Positions 10,894 to 41,391 of a stretch of 64,000 nt of DNA are shown here, in pieces. The stretch comes from Hormiphora californensis (taxonomy: Eukaryota > Animalia > Ctenophora). The notes below the pieces were generated by a model. That model searched no databases and was not told the DNA's origin. It was given only the letters and a program-made list of their open reading frames with translations. The stretch spans positions 8,990,001 to 9,054,000 of the forward strand of contig CM035350.1 of the NCBI GenBank assembly GCA_020137815.1, given 5' to 3'. Position 1 is the first letter of the stretch. Each line of letters begins with the position of its first letter. Both the position numbers and the translations under genes were made by a program.

Positions 10894-13022
10894 ACGATGG
10901 ATCTGCAATAGAGGAAACGAAGAAAACGATTTAATCCCATTTAATTTACAACCTATTTAAAAGCGAAACTATCTTTGTCATTCTTATGAGTTAGAATACA
11001 CTTTGTAAAAGTGAAGAATACTATGACACATCATATTATCACATGCATGGCATATCACAGATCTCTCCACATCACGCATAACTAATGTCACTGATTAACT
11101 TGTACATGAGGTACTGCAGATTATTTCTAGTACTTCACAAGCTATAGTATGCAAAACTTATAGTTTTAAACTATTATCTAGATTAGACAAAGGAGCTAAA
11201 ATCAGATTTGAATACAGGCTCTACTAGACAATCAATAAAATAATTCATGAGTGTTTATAAAAACAAGCCAATATATATTTGGCACAGCACATTGCACAGT
11301 AATTGGCACTGTAACTCCAGCTCCAATTATCTTTCCGATTGATCTATATGGAGGCAAGTAATTACTGCTTGTGAACATCACAGTGTGTATACACAACGTG
11401 CTAAGCTGTGTAAACTACTCATGTTGATCCGTCCTAGCAAGAAGGAATTTGAACTCCTATAGCAAGCTGTGGTCCCAACCAGTTATTGGTTCTGTTGTCT
11501 AAACAAACGTGCTGCCCCTGCAGAGCTTGAAATAACAGTTCAATTGATCCAGGTTGTGTAAACTAGATTTTAAATTTTCCAGCCCACTTCTTCGTCTTCT
11601 TCTTCTTCTAATTCTTCCATTGATTTGATTTCTAATTCTTCCATGAGTGCCTGGGTTTGGCAAGGTCAAGACCATAAAGAAGTATCGCTAGTTGTATTTC
11701 ATAGTGATGCAAGCTGCCGATTATGCATGGATATATCAACAACGTAATAGTTTCTGATATCCCAGTTCAAAAACGATGCCGCACTCTTAATCAGATTACA
11801 TCACAGCTGTGCGAAATAAAGAGAAACACCATATCTGTCTAATATAATTCTCTCTATCCAGATATATTCTATCTCCATTATAGCTGGGAACAATACGTGT
11901 GTAAACGAAGGCTACACAGCTCCCAGCTTGAAACAGAGGAACGGCCGGTGAACCCTAGTAAATGCACTGTAAGGAGATATAATTCAAAAGTTCATGTTCT
12001 TTTGGGATTCTTTTCACTTTTGGTTGTGTCTCAGATCTCAGAGAGAAGTTGCCAAACAGCTGTTCTAATTGCAATATTGTTTGGATTGATCTTAATCTGG
12101 ATTTGATCTTGATCTCACATCAAAAACTCGTACTACAATATCGGCTATTTCGGCTGTACTAAAAAGTACACACAGTTGGTACTGCAGACGACTACGTTAT
12201 AATGTATTACAACAGTTGGTGTACACAAGTGTTTAATAAGATTTCAAAAAGATAAACTACTATCTATCTCTCTGTATTTCACTTGTTTCTCTTTGTGTCT
12301 GTCTCTTTCTCGAATCTACCTTTCTTTTCAGTCTGACTCCCTCTGTAATTGTATTACTTTTGAACATCCAATGGATGATCCATGATCAGCAACATTCAGA
12401 TTCTGCAAATATGCTTATCTGATTATTTCGTGGTTACTAAAATTAGGTTCCATTATATAATAGGGTCACCCACCCTTGTATAACTCAATAGCTGTTGCCT
12501 AGCAACCACTGTGAGCACACATGACAAGTGGCATTATATGCATATTTCCTCCATGTGCTGAGTCCTCCCACCTCAATTCCAGTCACGAAATATAGTTTTT
12601 TGAAAAAAGGCCCTCCTGTGGGAAACAATCTGTGTTTGTGAGCTTTTATTTTGTGAGTTTGGTTTTGTTTGGCCGATTATTATAAGCGAGAAACTGGCAG
12701 TAATTAAACTTGATCACTGTTTGATTACATCCCTTCCCCAAGCAGTTGCTAATGCTATAACAGTAGTGTGTGATTCAAGAAATAGTAATTGTGATAATTC
12801 CATGTTCTAAAGAATTGGGGTGTGTATAATAGTATCAGTTCAGTGTTGGGGTATCATTCTTATTAGTTCATTTAGCGATATCACTCTACCCCCCACTTAC
12901 AAGCCCTCATAACTTGTCCACTCAACAACTCATCATATCTTCAGAACAGTTGCAGTCCTTATAGCGATCACCCTGCACTCCTCCCCCCAACTAACAGGCC
13001 CTCTCTGCAGAATACTTGCAAA

Positions 13023-16000
13023 ATGAATGATATAACAGATATTACCATCGCCATGCTGGTCATTGGATTCTGTCTTCTGCTAATTACACTCTTCATCGTG
13101 ATAGTAGGCTTCGAATCAAAGCTGGAAAAGGTAAATGGATTGGACTAGAAATTCTAAATTTAAACTAAATTTCATATCTGGAGTTTTTAAAATTCAAATA
13201 ATTTCAATTTTTGAATCTTTAGATATGAAATTTAGTTAAATGAAAGTGACCTTCACTCTCCCAATCTTTTCAGAGGCTCGCACAGTGCTTGTATGCTACG
13301 TTTTACATTGTTATTCTAATTCTCATTATGGGTAAGCAGTGCTTACTAAGCACACCAGGTTAAGTATGAATTCTGAATGTACTTCTGAATGTACGAGAAA
13401 GAATCAAATACATCCAGGAATAATACGTATCTCACTATTTATCTCACTATTTATCTCACTACATTTATCTCAGTGTGTCGGGAAGAGAATCATTGGATGA
13501 GTGGAACAGTTGTTGACGTAGAAGCACGGTTATGGGCGAACGATGCTTCCGACTCCAAGTCAACAGTTGACGTTGCACTGGGTTTATCAGGGGTTAATGT
13601 TACCGCTAAAGTAGGATGTAGGTGAAACAGTGTAGTGTATGAACTCTACTCCCATCAAAAGTTTGACTCGCTAATTCTTGATTGGCGTCACGATTAATGC
13701 GATTCAGCTTTTTTAGCATCATTAATCGTGACGCGAATCAAGAATTAGCGAGTCAAATTTTGATGGGGGTATTCATTTTACAGTTATATTATCAAACTGA
13801 ACTATCTTCCAATACACAACATCTGTCATCTCCCTCCCTCTGTGTAGATAGTGCATACAACGAGCAGTTCAAATGGGCCTGGGGCTCCAAGAGGGACATT
13901 GTAACCGGCACTAATGCAATTGATAGAAGTATCCTGGACGGGTTTGTGGGCGGCAAGTCCCTGGTGGTGATGCAGATAGCGGAGAGGTTCCTGTCCTACG
14001 GGCCCCTCGGAATGGCTGCCCCTGGTCTGGGATGTCATGCTGCCGGATATTACACTCACATGATCCTAACGTAAGTCGTGTTTTCTAAACTTCAAACTTG
14101 AATAAATCAGATTTAGGTTGCCTGTTATAGATCATAGGTTCATAGTAGGTGTCAATGCCATGAATCAGAATCTTCTTTTTCAGAGTTGCATTCGGTAGTT
14201 GGATGCTGGTTGGAATTCTACCACTTCTTTCGCTCTTCGCCAGCGTCTACTGCGGAATATGTACCTGCTCCACCCTCTTACTAGGTACAAAGTACAGAGT
14301 ACAGGCAGACAAACTACTGGGTACAAACAGACAGACTACTGGGTACAAACAAACAAACTACTGGGTACAAACAGACAAACTACTGGGTACAAACAGACAG
14401 ACAAAGTACACAGAGGAACCACTCATTCATGATGCTATGGCCTATGCACATGGGTCATGGAACGTATAATTTGTAACACTATAGCGTGTTACGACACTCC
14501 CCCATGTAACTAAATGTTGACTGTCTCTCTCCATATCTCTCCTAAGTTCTCTCCCTCCTATAGTTAATTGTTGAGTCTGATCCCCCACCCCTTGGCCCTT
14601 ACTCAACACAAATATATATTTACCACATACACACACAGGTGTCCTGACATATGTTATAACGATCGAGTCGTATGGGGTACCGGATAAAGCAGAGGTCGTA
14701 TTTGAGAGTGCAGTGAATGATGATCTGGTCGTCCTTCGACTAACAGTGAGTATATCAACCAGTTGACCACAACATCTTTAACGTCTGACAGCTGTTAATA
14801 TATTCTGGTATAGTCTAGCCTATAAGCTCAACTAGTCAGCCACCGCCGCATGGCACGCTGTTGGTCAGTATTGCAGTCACGCAAGTCCGTCTCATTTTAA
14901 GATTTCAGTAGGAAATAATATATTTCTTCTACCAAACAGCAGAATGATCGCATATAATATGTGGTGCACCATATTTATGATAGAATATATAGAACGTTCT
15001 ATAGCTCATTCAGAAAAAGAAAAAACTAGAAAAGAAAACTACTCAAAAAGCAGATAAGCAAGGGCTTGTCATAATATGTATGTGCGATGAAAAAAAGTAT
15101 CCTTATTCCTAACTTTATAAAGAATATGTTGAACATTCGAGCTCTGTCTCTTTGTTTCTCTGTCTCTTTGTCTTTCTCTCCCTCTCAAAGAAAGCAAATC
15201 ACATTGAAACCGAATACTTCAGTAACGCTATTAATATTTCTACATTATATGTATGACGTCTTGGAACATAATGGTAACCATGATAACAATTTCAGTATGG
15301 TTGGTGTTTTTACCTGACTGTTGCCATGACAGTTAATTACCGCTATAATGACTTACATATTGGAAAAACAAGCAAAACACAAACAAGCAAAACAGGTGAG
15401 AACAATTATTACAGACCGCAAAATGTATTTTGCACAGTGCAATATATATTGTGCTTATATAATTACACAATACATTATATTCTGTGTATTGTACAGAACA
15501 ATTGGGCTATCATGTACAACATGTCCCAATTTTGGTTTCTTTACACGTGTGATACCGAGATACTATCTCATATAATAACTAACTCATATCACTTTAACAG
15601 TTCAGGAAAATGCAAGAAGAGGCCTTGGAACAAAAACGAAAATCAAAGTTCAGTGTCAAAGAAAACAAAAAACAGCAGTTCACCGCTAAACGAAGACTAA
15701 CCGCTGCCTTTTCCATACATAAAAACAAAAGTGTGGACGAGTAAGTAAAACTCAAGCATTCTTTCAAGAAGCCTTAAAATCTTTTGATCGTGAAGCCCAA
15801 TACCCCTATAAATCTTCTTTAAAGCCCCCTTTTCATTGTTGTGTGTTGCTGCATGTGACGTTTCTTTATAGGACAAACAATGGCGTGGGACTGTTTAACA
15901 AGAACATTGTTAATGATGCAATCCAGGTAATTCCTATGTATTCTTTGTGTTAGCAAATTTAAGTGTTTCATAAAACGAGCATTCAAGCATTCAGCATCCT

Positions 16001-16131
16001 GTTGTCACATGTTAACATTATGTTTATCAGCATCCGGTTGGCATGGTAACAATTTATCTTTATTGCAGGAAGATGAAGGATCAGGACGAGATTCTCCCAG
16101 TAGTGACGGTGTGTTAACACAGGAGGTCTAA
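13023..16131 (+). CDS. DUOXA: Dual oxidase maturation factor (DUOXA/NIP family)
   Basis: Approximate exons 13023-13130, 13274-13331, 13474-13610, 13784-14070, 14184-14284, 14639-14745, 15296-15395, 15601-15740, 15872-15926, 16069-16131. Family motifs ALGLSGVNVT, YNEQFKW, QIAERF, AGYYTHMILTVAFGSW, YGWCFYL. One +1 frameshift near 15333. Confidence 0.8.
14305..14405. repeat. ~22-bp minisatellite in a DUOXA intron
   Basis: ACAGACAAACTACTGGGTACAA-like unit repeated about 4.5 times. Confidence 0.85.
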
Positions 16132-16449
16132 ACCATTTCAAGGTGTGTTCAATTGTAAAGAGAGATTGTTTGTTCTCTGTGCAGTGTGCACCAAAAACCG
16201 ATTCTCCTCAGAATCAGAATTATATTTCGTCTTGAATTTAACATTTGAACAGCTGTTCTTTCTAATTATTTTGCTCGAATGAGATCTTGGTCCATATACA
16301 TACCAATTTGCACATCTGAATCTCACCAGTCACCAAAGCTACCTATAATTCCCGGCAGATCACACTGAGGAGGACCATTGGACCAGGTGTGTGGAGCAGC
16401 AGCAGCGGTGGGCCTCAAAGAAAAAGGAAAAGAGGGAGAGGGAGAGAGT

Positions 16450-16543
<94 letters not shown>

Positions 16544-17743
16544 GAGAAAGGGAGAGAAGCAGAAATCAGGGCAGGAGAAAGACACAGAGATTATCAGAAC
16601 CGATCGCCATTTGGAGTTTTTGCGATAGTTGATTATATTTGCTGGCATGAAAAATAACTTGAAACTAATTTTATCTTCTTGTTAAAAGAAATGTATATTC
16701 ACAGCGTATACATGTATTGTTACACAAAAAGTGTAAATAAAAAGAGACATGAAAAGTGGCGTTCTAGTACACCCTGCATTGGTCTGACCATATATTCTCA
16801 TTTCGCGAGAAACGTGGTCAGAGCATTGGCCTGGCAGCTAGTATACCAGCAGTCGTGTACAAAAACAGCTGCCGATTGTCAGGAGTATCATCCCCCCGCC
16901 GCTCTGGGGTCTGTGTTATACAGTTAGACAAGTCTTTGAAGAGTCATGATACACACATGAATGGCCCTCTTCTTCCCCTTGATAGTCACATTTTGCATTA
17001 AATTACCCCCTCCCAGCCGTGTGTTAGTCAGCAGTATCTGTTTCGCAGTAAGATCAGCTGTAGATTTCCCACTATTCTTCCGGCGCAGAGGATCAACCCC
17101 ATTGTAATCGCAATGAACAGACAGTTTACTGTTAATTGTATTACCTAAAGATAAAGTATATACGTGTTAGAAGAGAAAAAAGTTACTTAAAATTAAGAAC
17201 TTTTGAAGATTTTCTGAAGAACTTTTGAAGAATTTTTCTGAGGATTTTCTAACACTTACCTCACTACTAGAAGTATACTTTACAACAACTGCATTGAACC
17301 GCAACAAAATGTGCCCTCCCAGGGACATTAGTACGAAACACAGAATTAGTGCCGTTTTGACCTAAAATGGTTCAGGGGGTCAGATACTCTCTCTTTGCCA
17401 TTTTCGAGAGAGATTTCGAGAGAGATTTCGACCTTGCCCCTATGATTTATTTGAGAGCAATTAAAAAGATAGCTTCGTGATGATTAAGCGATTTACATCT
17501 ATCTCAATCTGCTTAGTGGCTCTAGCTGTCGAATAGATAGAAGAGTCCATCGAAAAGATAGTTAACTGCACATATTATAGAGTGTTCACGACTATGGCAG
17601 ATTGAAAGACATAATGGAGAATACTAAAAAAAGGCTAATGGAGAGGAATGAGGTATTTCATACATGTTCTCGTTTAAAGATCTCTCTTACTACATCTTCT
17701 CGTTTCCCTCTCACTTTTTTAGAGTGTAAAATATGATATATAC

Positions 17744-17875
17744 CATTGGTTTAGCGTAGAGTGAGAGTAATGCTTTTAGACTTTCGTTTTTATCTTTCGT
17801 ATCGGTTTGTGTCTTTTCGTGCTTCTCGACCAGTTTTGCAGCCCTACTTGTCTGCTCTTTGAGCTCTTGCTCAGC
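17744..17875 (-). other. Isolated phase 0-0 exon, possibly intracellular loop 3 of the neighbouring GPCR-like gene
   Basis: AG/GT-bounded 132-nt open segment AEQELKEQTSRAAKLVEKHEKTQTDTKDKNESLKALLSLYAKPM, phase-compatible with the GPCR exon ending at 20497. Confidence 0.35.
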
Positions 17876-18233
17876 CTGGTGGGAGGAGATTATTATAGTT
17901 AGTTAGAAATGAAAAATATATTAATAATAGGTTATCGCCCATCACGATCTGCATTTAGCATGCACCTTGATCCCATCGAACAAAATTTCAACATTTTTTG
18001 TTAAATGATCTGTAAAATCTATAAATAAATGTATTATATTATATGATGTGGTAATCATATTAAGTCCAAAAACCAATTAAATAAATTAGTTTGGATGCCC
18101 GGGCCCATGTGGTGTCACGGGGGTAACACCTTTAGGCTACTGCCATAATTAACGGCATATCTCGTTAATTGTTAATTGTTATCCTTCTATCTGTCTATCT
18201 CTATCTATCTCTCTCAGTCTCCCTCTCGCACAC

Positions 18234-18327
<94 letters not shown>

Positions 18328-18466
18328 ACTGTTTCTTTCACTATACCTCTCTTTTTTTCTCTCTCCTCTTATTTATCTCTTCGTCTTTCTTGATTATATC
18401 GCACTCTTTCTATCCTATTCCTAATTTCCTTTGTCTTTATCTCTCCCGATATCCATCATTTATGAC

Positions 18467-20050
18467 AGTAGCCTAAAGGTGTTACCCCCGTGACACCACA
18501 TGGGCCCGGGCATCCAAACTAATTTATTTAATTGGTTTTTGGACTTAATTTCTGTTATTTTTGGTGTAAAATAGAAAAAGCTATTTTTTTCTGGTTTCTG
18601 CATATTTTCGAATTTGAATAATTCATAAATATACGAATAACGACTAAACGGTGAGAGATACGACTTTTTGTTAGGGGGACGACCCCCATAAATCGACTAT
18701 TTTGCGCCGGAATATGTCCATGAAAACGTTCTAGGACCAGCCGAAGTGGACATATTAAGAATATGCATTAAATCATGAATCGGTGCATAAATATGCAACT
18801 AACGGCTTAACGGTGCGAGATAGAGATTTTTGTCCCGAGTAAGACCCCCCATAAATCGATTATTTTGCGTCGAAATATGTCCATGAAAACGTTCTAAGAC
18901 CAGCCGAACTGGAAATATTTAGAATATGCATAAAATCATGAATCGGTGCATAAATATGCAAATAACGGCTAAACGGTGCGAGATACGACTTTTTGTCCGG
19001 GCGACGACCCCCCATAAATCGACTATTTTACGTCGAAATATGTCCATGAAAACGTTCTAGGACCAGCTGAAGTGAAAATATTGAAAATGTGCATAAAATC
19101 GTGAATAGGTGCATAAATATGCAAATAACGGCTTAACGGTGCGAGATAGAGATTTTTGTCCCGAGTAAGACCCCCCATAAATCGACCGTTCCGCGTCGTC
19201 TAAGACCGGTTTCAAGTCTTTATGACCTTCGAGTCGTGTCATATCGCAACCATGGTTAAAATGAATATTTAATGACTAATTAATGAATAATTAATGAACT
19301 ATGGCGATTTCGAAGTTCTCACACAGCTATTACCGAGCGCAATGATGTAAGGAACCACTGTTCCAAACGGCAAGTCTCTACTATTTGTGGTTTAGGAGAA
19401 CACTCAAAGATAAAAAAGCGTCCTCCCCCCCTCCCCCTCCCCCTCCCCCTCCCCTCCTTTACATTTTTGCATTTTGGGACCCCTCTGGCAAATTTTTACC
19501 TTACATCCGATCGTTCTGAAAATTTGCATGCTTCTTCTCCTATATGAGGGCACTCAGAGTACAAAATTTCAGCTCTCTACTTCATCTGGAACATGCTTTT
19601 TTAAAGCATCAAAAACCCCGAAATCTGCAATGGTATATAGTAGCACTGGCAGGTTTTCACGCGCTTGTGTGTAGAAGTGTTGCGTGTGCTCTCTCTTTTG
19701 TTTTTTGAGTTAGAGGGTATTTCTAAGGTGGGGGCTCTGCCCCCACACCCCCGTTTATGCATGCTTCTTCTCCTATATGAGGGCACTCAGAGTACAAAAT
19801 TTCAGCTCTCTACTTCATCTGGAACATGCTTTTTTAAAGCATCAAAAACCCCGAAATCTGCAATGGTATATAGTAGCACTGGCAGGTTTTCACGCGCTTG
19901 TGTGTAGAAGTGTTGCGTGTGCTCTCTCTTTTGTTTTTTGAGTTAGAGGGTATTTCTAAGGTGGGGGCTCTGCCCCCACACCCCCGTTTATGGTGGGGGC
20001 TGTGCCCCCACACCCCCCTTTTGGGCCCGGGGCACTTGCCAGTGCTATGA
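18467..20050. mobile_element. Non-autonomous Helentron/HINE-like element with internal tandem arrays
   Basis: GGGCCCGGG near both ends and a terminal hairpin GCACTTGCCAGTGC. Internal ~163-bp repeats at 18647-19185 and a ~233-bp direct duplication (~19526-19757 / 19758-19990). Confidence 0.55.
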
Positions 20051-20118
20051 CAATTCAAAAGCTAAGTGGATGAGCTATAAAAAATCTTTAAGTATCCCCC
20101 CCTCTCTCTCTCTTTCTC

Positions 20119-20181
<63 letters not shown>

Positions 20182-20496
20182 TTCTCTGGAACTATATAGC
20201 GATCAGGTGTGGGGGTTATTATGATTGTCTCCGACACTCCATTCTCTTATATGGTGGTTATCATATTATGTGATGAGTAACTCAGAGCACTTACTGTAAC
20301 AGTATTATGGCATGTCAACATTGGCAACAAATCTTATATGATGTGCAGTACTGGGGAAGTAATTTTGATATTGGATATATTGTGCTACAGTAAATAGTAC
20401 GATACAATAGATGAGCCAAGATATACTGATTCTTCATAAACAGAATTATGGTGGTGGTTGATCAGATGGAGACATGTATAATACAATTATACGTAC

Positions 20497-21630
20497 CTTT
20501 GCACTGAAGACGCTGGCTCGTTTCCTGTGGTTCATGACCCGATACGAATTGTAGGATAGATGGATCATGATGTATATCGGCATTACATACACTATCGTTA
20601 TCTGTAAATATATATTGGCATTACAATGATGAGAAATAAATCACAAACATGAGTTTTGAAAACAGATTGAATAATTGGACGAATTCAAACATCAAAATAC
20701 AAGTAAAGTTCAATCTCTTACCTGGAAAATGCTCCAGCACATAAAAAATACGCTGAAATCTGTGTAAGAGGCATAGCACACTGCTATTAACTTGAAAAAC
20801 ACCAGCCCATTTGCTGCTCGATCTGAAATTATCGAGCAATGTGAGTCTTGGGTCATTGTCGGGTAACCAAATAATGAATAAAGGTGGTTATAAATGATAG
20901 ATAGCCTAGCATTGCTATTAGCAACCGGAGCCCGGCAATATTTGAGGATTCATTTATATTGTTTGTATACCAGTTCTAAATGTTTCCCGATAAATATTTA
21001 CCAATGGCGATGAAGAGAGGTAGCTCGAAAATACCCGCCACGGACCACAGACAGACGATAATGCGAGATGATTTGTTGAGTGTCATGACACACCGGTATC
21101 TCAAGGGCAGGGTACATGCTATATACTGGTCCACTATGATGAATGTTAACATACCTGAAAAGTGGGGTATCATTATATGTCTGAAGAAGAGGAAGAGGAG
21201 GATACATGATAAATTTAAACGAGTAGTTTTGATAACCAGATGCTGGTCCGTTGAGGACCAGCATCCTATAACATGCTTGATACATCATCTAGAGTCTTAC
21301 CCATAATTCCATACTGAATGGAGGCTGTCAAGTAGGCGTTTACAAGGCATGTTGTTGTCGTTGCGAAGGATTGGGTCGAAGCAGCGATTACTATGTTGAT
21401 AAACCTAGAGTAGAAGAAAATAAATTACTTATTAAACACGGAACTTACACAACTATGGGTAGAATAAATAATGTGTATGTTAACGGAATGTAGAATATGT
21501 TCTTACCAGATTACAGAGTTTACTGTCAAAGCAAGGAATGCTGCACTAATGATCCTGACTGGAATCCGAGTGTGAAGATGGCGATCGCTGGTTATTGACA
21601 GTAGAACATAGGTCGAGAAAATACCCCTGA
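20497..21630 (-). pseudogene. Degenerate rhodopsin-class GPCR
   Basis: Spliced segments give a TM2-like stretch, TM3 CLVNAYL...MLTFIIVDQYIACTLPLRYRCVMT (DRY becomes DQY; PLRY), TM4 IIVCLWSVAGIFELP and a TM5-like exon. In-frame TAG at 20976-20978. Confidence 0.6.
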
Positions 21631-22299
21631 AATACGTGCTGATGTTAGAGCTGAATTTAAACAAAATGCAACAATTTCATGGGGAATGGTAATTAGTAAT
21701 ACGTTTGTAAATACTTACCCAAACACTACTGGTGTACTTAAAAAAACAGCCTCTGCGGTCTTTGAGATCATTCTCTAGAAAAATAAAAGATATATCTAAT
21801 AAAATGCACTATAAACAAATGGGGTGGTTTCATTGTCATGAGGATAACAAAGAGATGATAAGAGCTAAAAGCTGCTGATCCATTAGTTGTTATTATCACA
21901 AAAGCAACGAGCGATGTTAAGAATAATATTAAATATATACAACAGTTCGGACCACTCAGTCGTGTCAGAAAAAACACTTTTTGTGTGATACATATATATC
22001 GGGGTGTTACAAGCAGATAATCGATCATTACGTATTTAGTATTGTAGTTGTGATATAATGTCGCCATTAACCTATATTTATCAACAGGGGGATCTATTAT
22101 TACATTCTCGTACATCTTGTTTTTATATTACAGCTTTGAAAATTAAGTAGCAAATAAACAATAAACTTTATAGAATTAGAAGATTTAAAACATAAACAGG
22201 TTTAAGTGGGCAAGCTGTACATATCTTACTATGATTCATCTTGTACTCCATTTTACTAGTTAAATACAGCAAGACCAATGACGGATATCACAAAACAAG

Positions 22300-23800
22300 G
22301 CCACTTTGAACAACATATTATAGGGTATATTGAGCATAACATCAGTCATACTCTGAATGGGATCATGCACGGGCTAGACTAGGCTCACAGACACAGAATA
22401 TGTGATGTTAATTGCTCATTACAACGAGATGCCCGCCATAGCTATGTGAAAATTTTCAGAAACAAATCCAATCACTCTCATATCTTTTTATGGTCTCTTT
22501 ACTTTTCTTATTACTTCGCTTTCAATTTCTCAACAACTTTCATCTTCTTATATTTTGCTCAACTGATCTTGGCCCATCAATCATGGTACGAAGCGTGAGT
22601 AATTTCTTGCTATAGATTAATGACACAACTAGCATGCTTACAATCATGATGAATAAAGTAAAGTGTAAAGCTCTTTTAAATTGCAAAATATCAGGCTGTG
22701 CGAGATATATTATATACAGTTCATATGAGGGTTCATGGTTATTAGGGCGGGGTAGTGGGGTACAGTATGCACCAGCCATTCAATCCAATCTGACTGATTT
22801 GAGAAGAGTTCCTTCCCTAACACATCACGGTCTCTCAGATTAATAAGAGCGAAACAGAGAAAATAAAGGGAGGAGAGAGAGAAATACCGAGAGAAATACA
22901 GAGAGAAATACAGAGAGAATAAAGGGATGGGAGAGAAATAAAGAGAGAAATACAGAGAAAATAAAGGGAGGAGAGAGAAAATAAAGAGAGAAATAGACCA
23001 AACCAGAGAAAGAGATGAAAGCGAAGGAACACCGAGGAAATACAGGGAGAAAGATGGGGTTGAGTGTGGTTTCTGATATTCTACAACCTACATTCAGCAA
23101 TTAAATGAATTGAAGTAAAAAACATACATCTCAAATAAATCCTTGATCCACCAAACATCTTACCAGTACATTATATCAGTGTCTACAAAAACCCGGCTAC
23201 TCATTTTGTTCAGCCGGAAGAACAAAACTTCCTCACTGATTATGCTGCTAATAAACAATCAATCGATCCTTATTCTCTTTCTTCATCATATCAAACATAT
23301 TTCATCCCATGGTTTCGCTGTTTATCATGTTAATATGTACTTCATGCCTTCAATGGTTTTCGATAAGAGCCCTTACCTCATTGCAATGCAATGTTTGTGT
23401 ATTTAGAACATTAGGAACATCTGGGAAATTAAATTTTGCCAAGTCTTTAGTCCTTAAAATCCGAAATCTTATGGTTTCGGCTTAGCTACGTAAGATTTTC
23501 GACTTTTGATAAAATATTTATATAAGAATGCTACCTGCGGCCATGATCTCATTTGTATCCTCGTTTACAACCTTGGCAATGAGTAGTGCAGAGAGTATAT
23601 AATCTAACCGCGAGAGAAAACAGAGCCACTGGATAAAATATACTCGCGAATATTCTTATATGTAGTAACAGCAGTTGTGACATTCCCGATAGTCCTTTTC
23701 CTGGATGTTTGTTTTTGACTGTTGATATCATGGCCGGTATTACAAACTGTATACTATTAGTATCCACCCTTTTATCATGTGAGTATTCTAATGTAATCAC
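22300..23800 (-). pseudogene. Possible further decayed GPCR-like fragments
   Basis: Hydrophobic TM5-like (FTLFIMIVSMLVVSLIYSK) and TM7-like (IRIFASIFYPVALFSL) fragments; no coherent gene model. Confidence 0.25.
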
Positions 23801-23945
23801 TTCTTATCACTAGCTTATATAAGAGAGAGAAAAAAAAGAACTGTGAGACCTTGCTATCCACTATAGTTACAGAAATGTTCTTACCACGAGTGACATTTGT
23901 GATTTTGTCACTCTAATATCTCCTATTATCTCATTACTACTGCAG

Positions 23946-40581
<16,636 letters not shown>

Positions 40582-41391
40582 GGAGGCTGGGGCGGGGCCT
40601 GCACACTCCGGTTTGAAAGTGCGCTCAGATGGGGTCTGCGTCGCCAGACAAATGAGGCTGGAGCGGGAAGTGAAACAAAGGCTGGACTAGGCAGAAGAAA
40701 GAGTCATCCCGAGGGAAGGAGATTGCAGACACATCGGGTTCTGTAGCAGGTTCAACCCTAATTGGAGCTGCGGGACAAGCAGAACGGCCTGTTGTATAAC
40801 AGGTTCTTGGCGTGCAAATGATTGCAATGTGCATAATTAATTGATGAGTAATAAATAAACAGCCTCTTAATCGAAACTTTTATATTTGAAAGAAACTGTT
40901 TTACATTTTGTATAAAAAATAGGGATTGGTCCCGTGAATGTTTTCGGGAATTTCATTGAAATTTGTTAAATTGTTGATTCGATAATTGCGAGTGTAAAAT
41001 ATCACCGTGTAGTAACTTCCTGTGTTGGCTGTATAATTGGTTGCCATGGACGCTACATCTGCTTGGTAACCAAGAGCAACAACGACCCCAGTAAATCCTT
41101 ATGAGCGCTCATTATAAACTTTATCTCTCTTCCTCCCTCCCTCCCTCTCTCTGTCTCTCTCTTCCTCTCTCTTTCTTCACTGAACGCACATCCGCATCTT
41201 TTGTACACCGCTCAGCTTAATATATCTTCTCTTTTCCTTACACTTTGAGAGTTTGATCTTGATCCTGTTATACACACTTCGGAGGATATACGTACACGGC
41301 ACAAGCTTATTGTGGCCCCCTAATAACTGATCAACAACCACGAGCCCATTATTCCCCAACCAATTCCACGTGATCAACACTCTTCCATCCA

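Noticed and set aside
18647-19990. Regular repeats resembling a CRISPR array
   Set aside because: Units are contiguous 163-233-bp tandem copies without unique spacers, in eukaryotic DNA with no cas genes.
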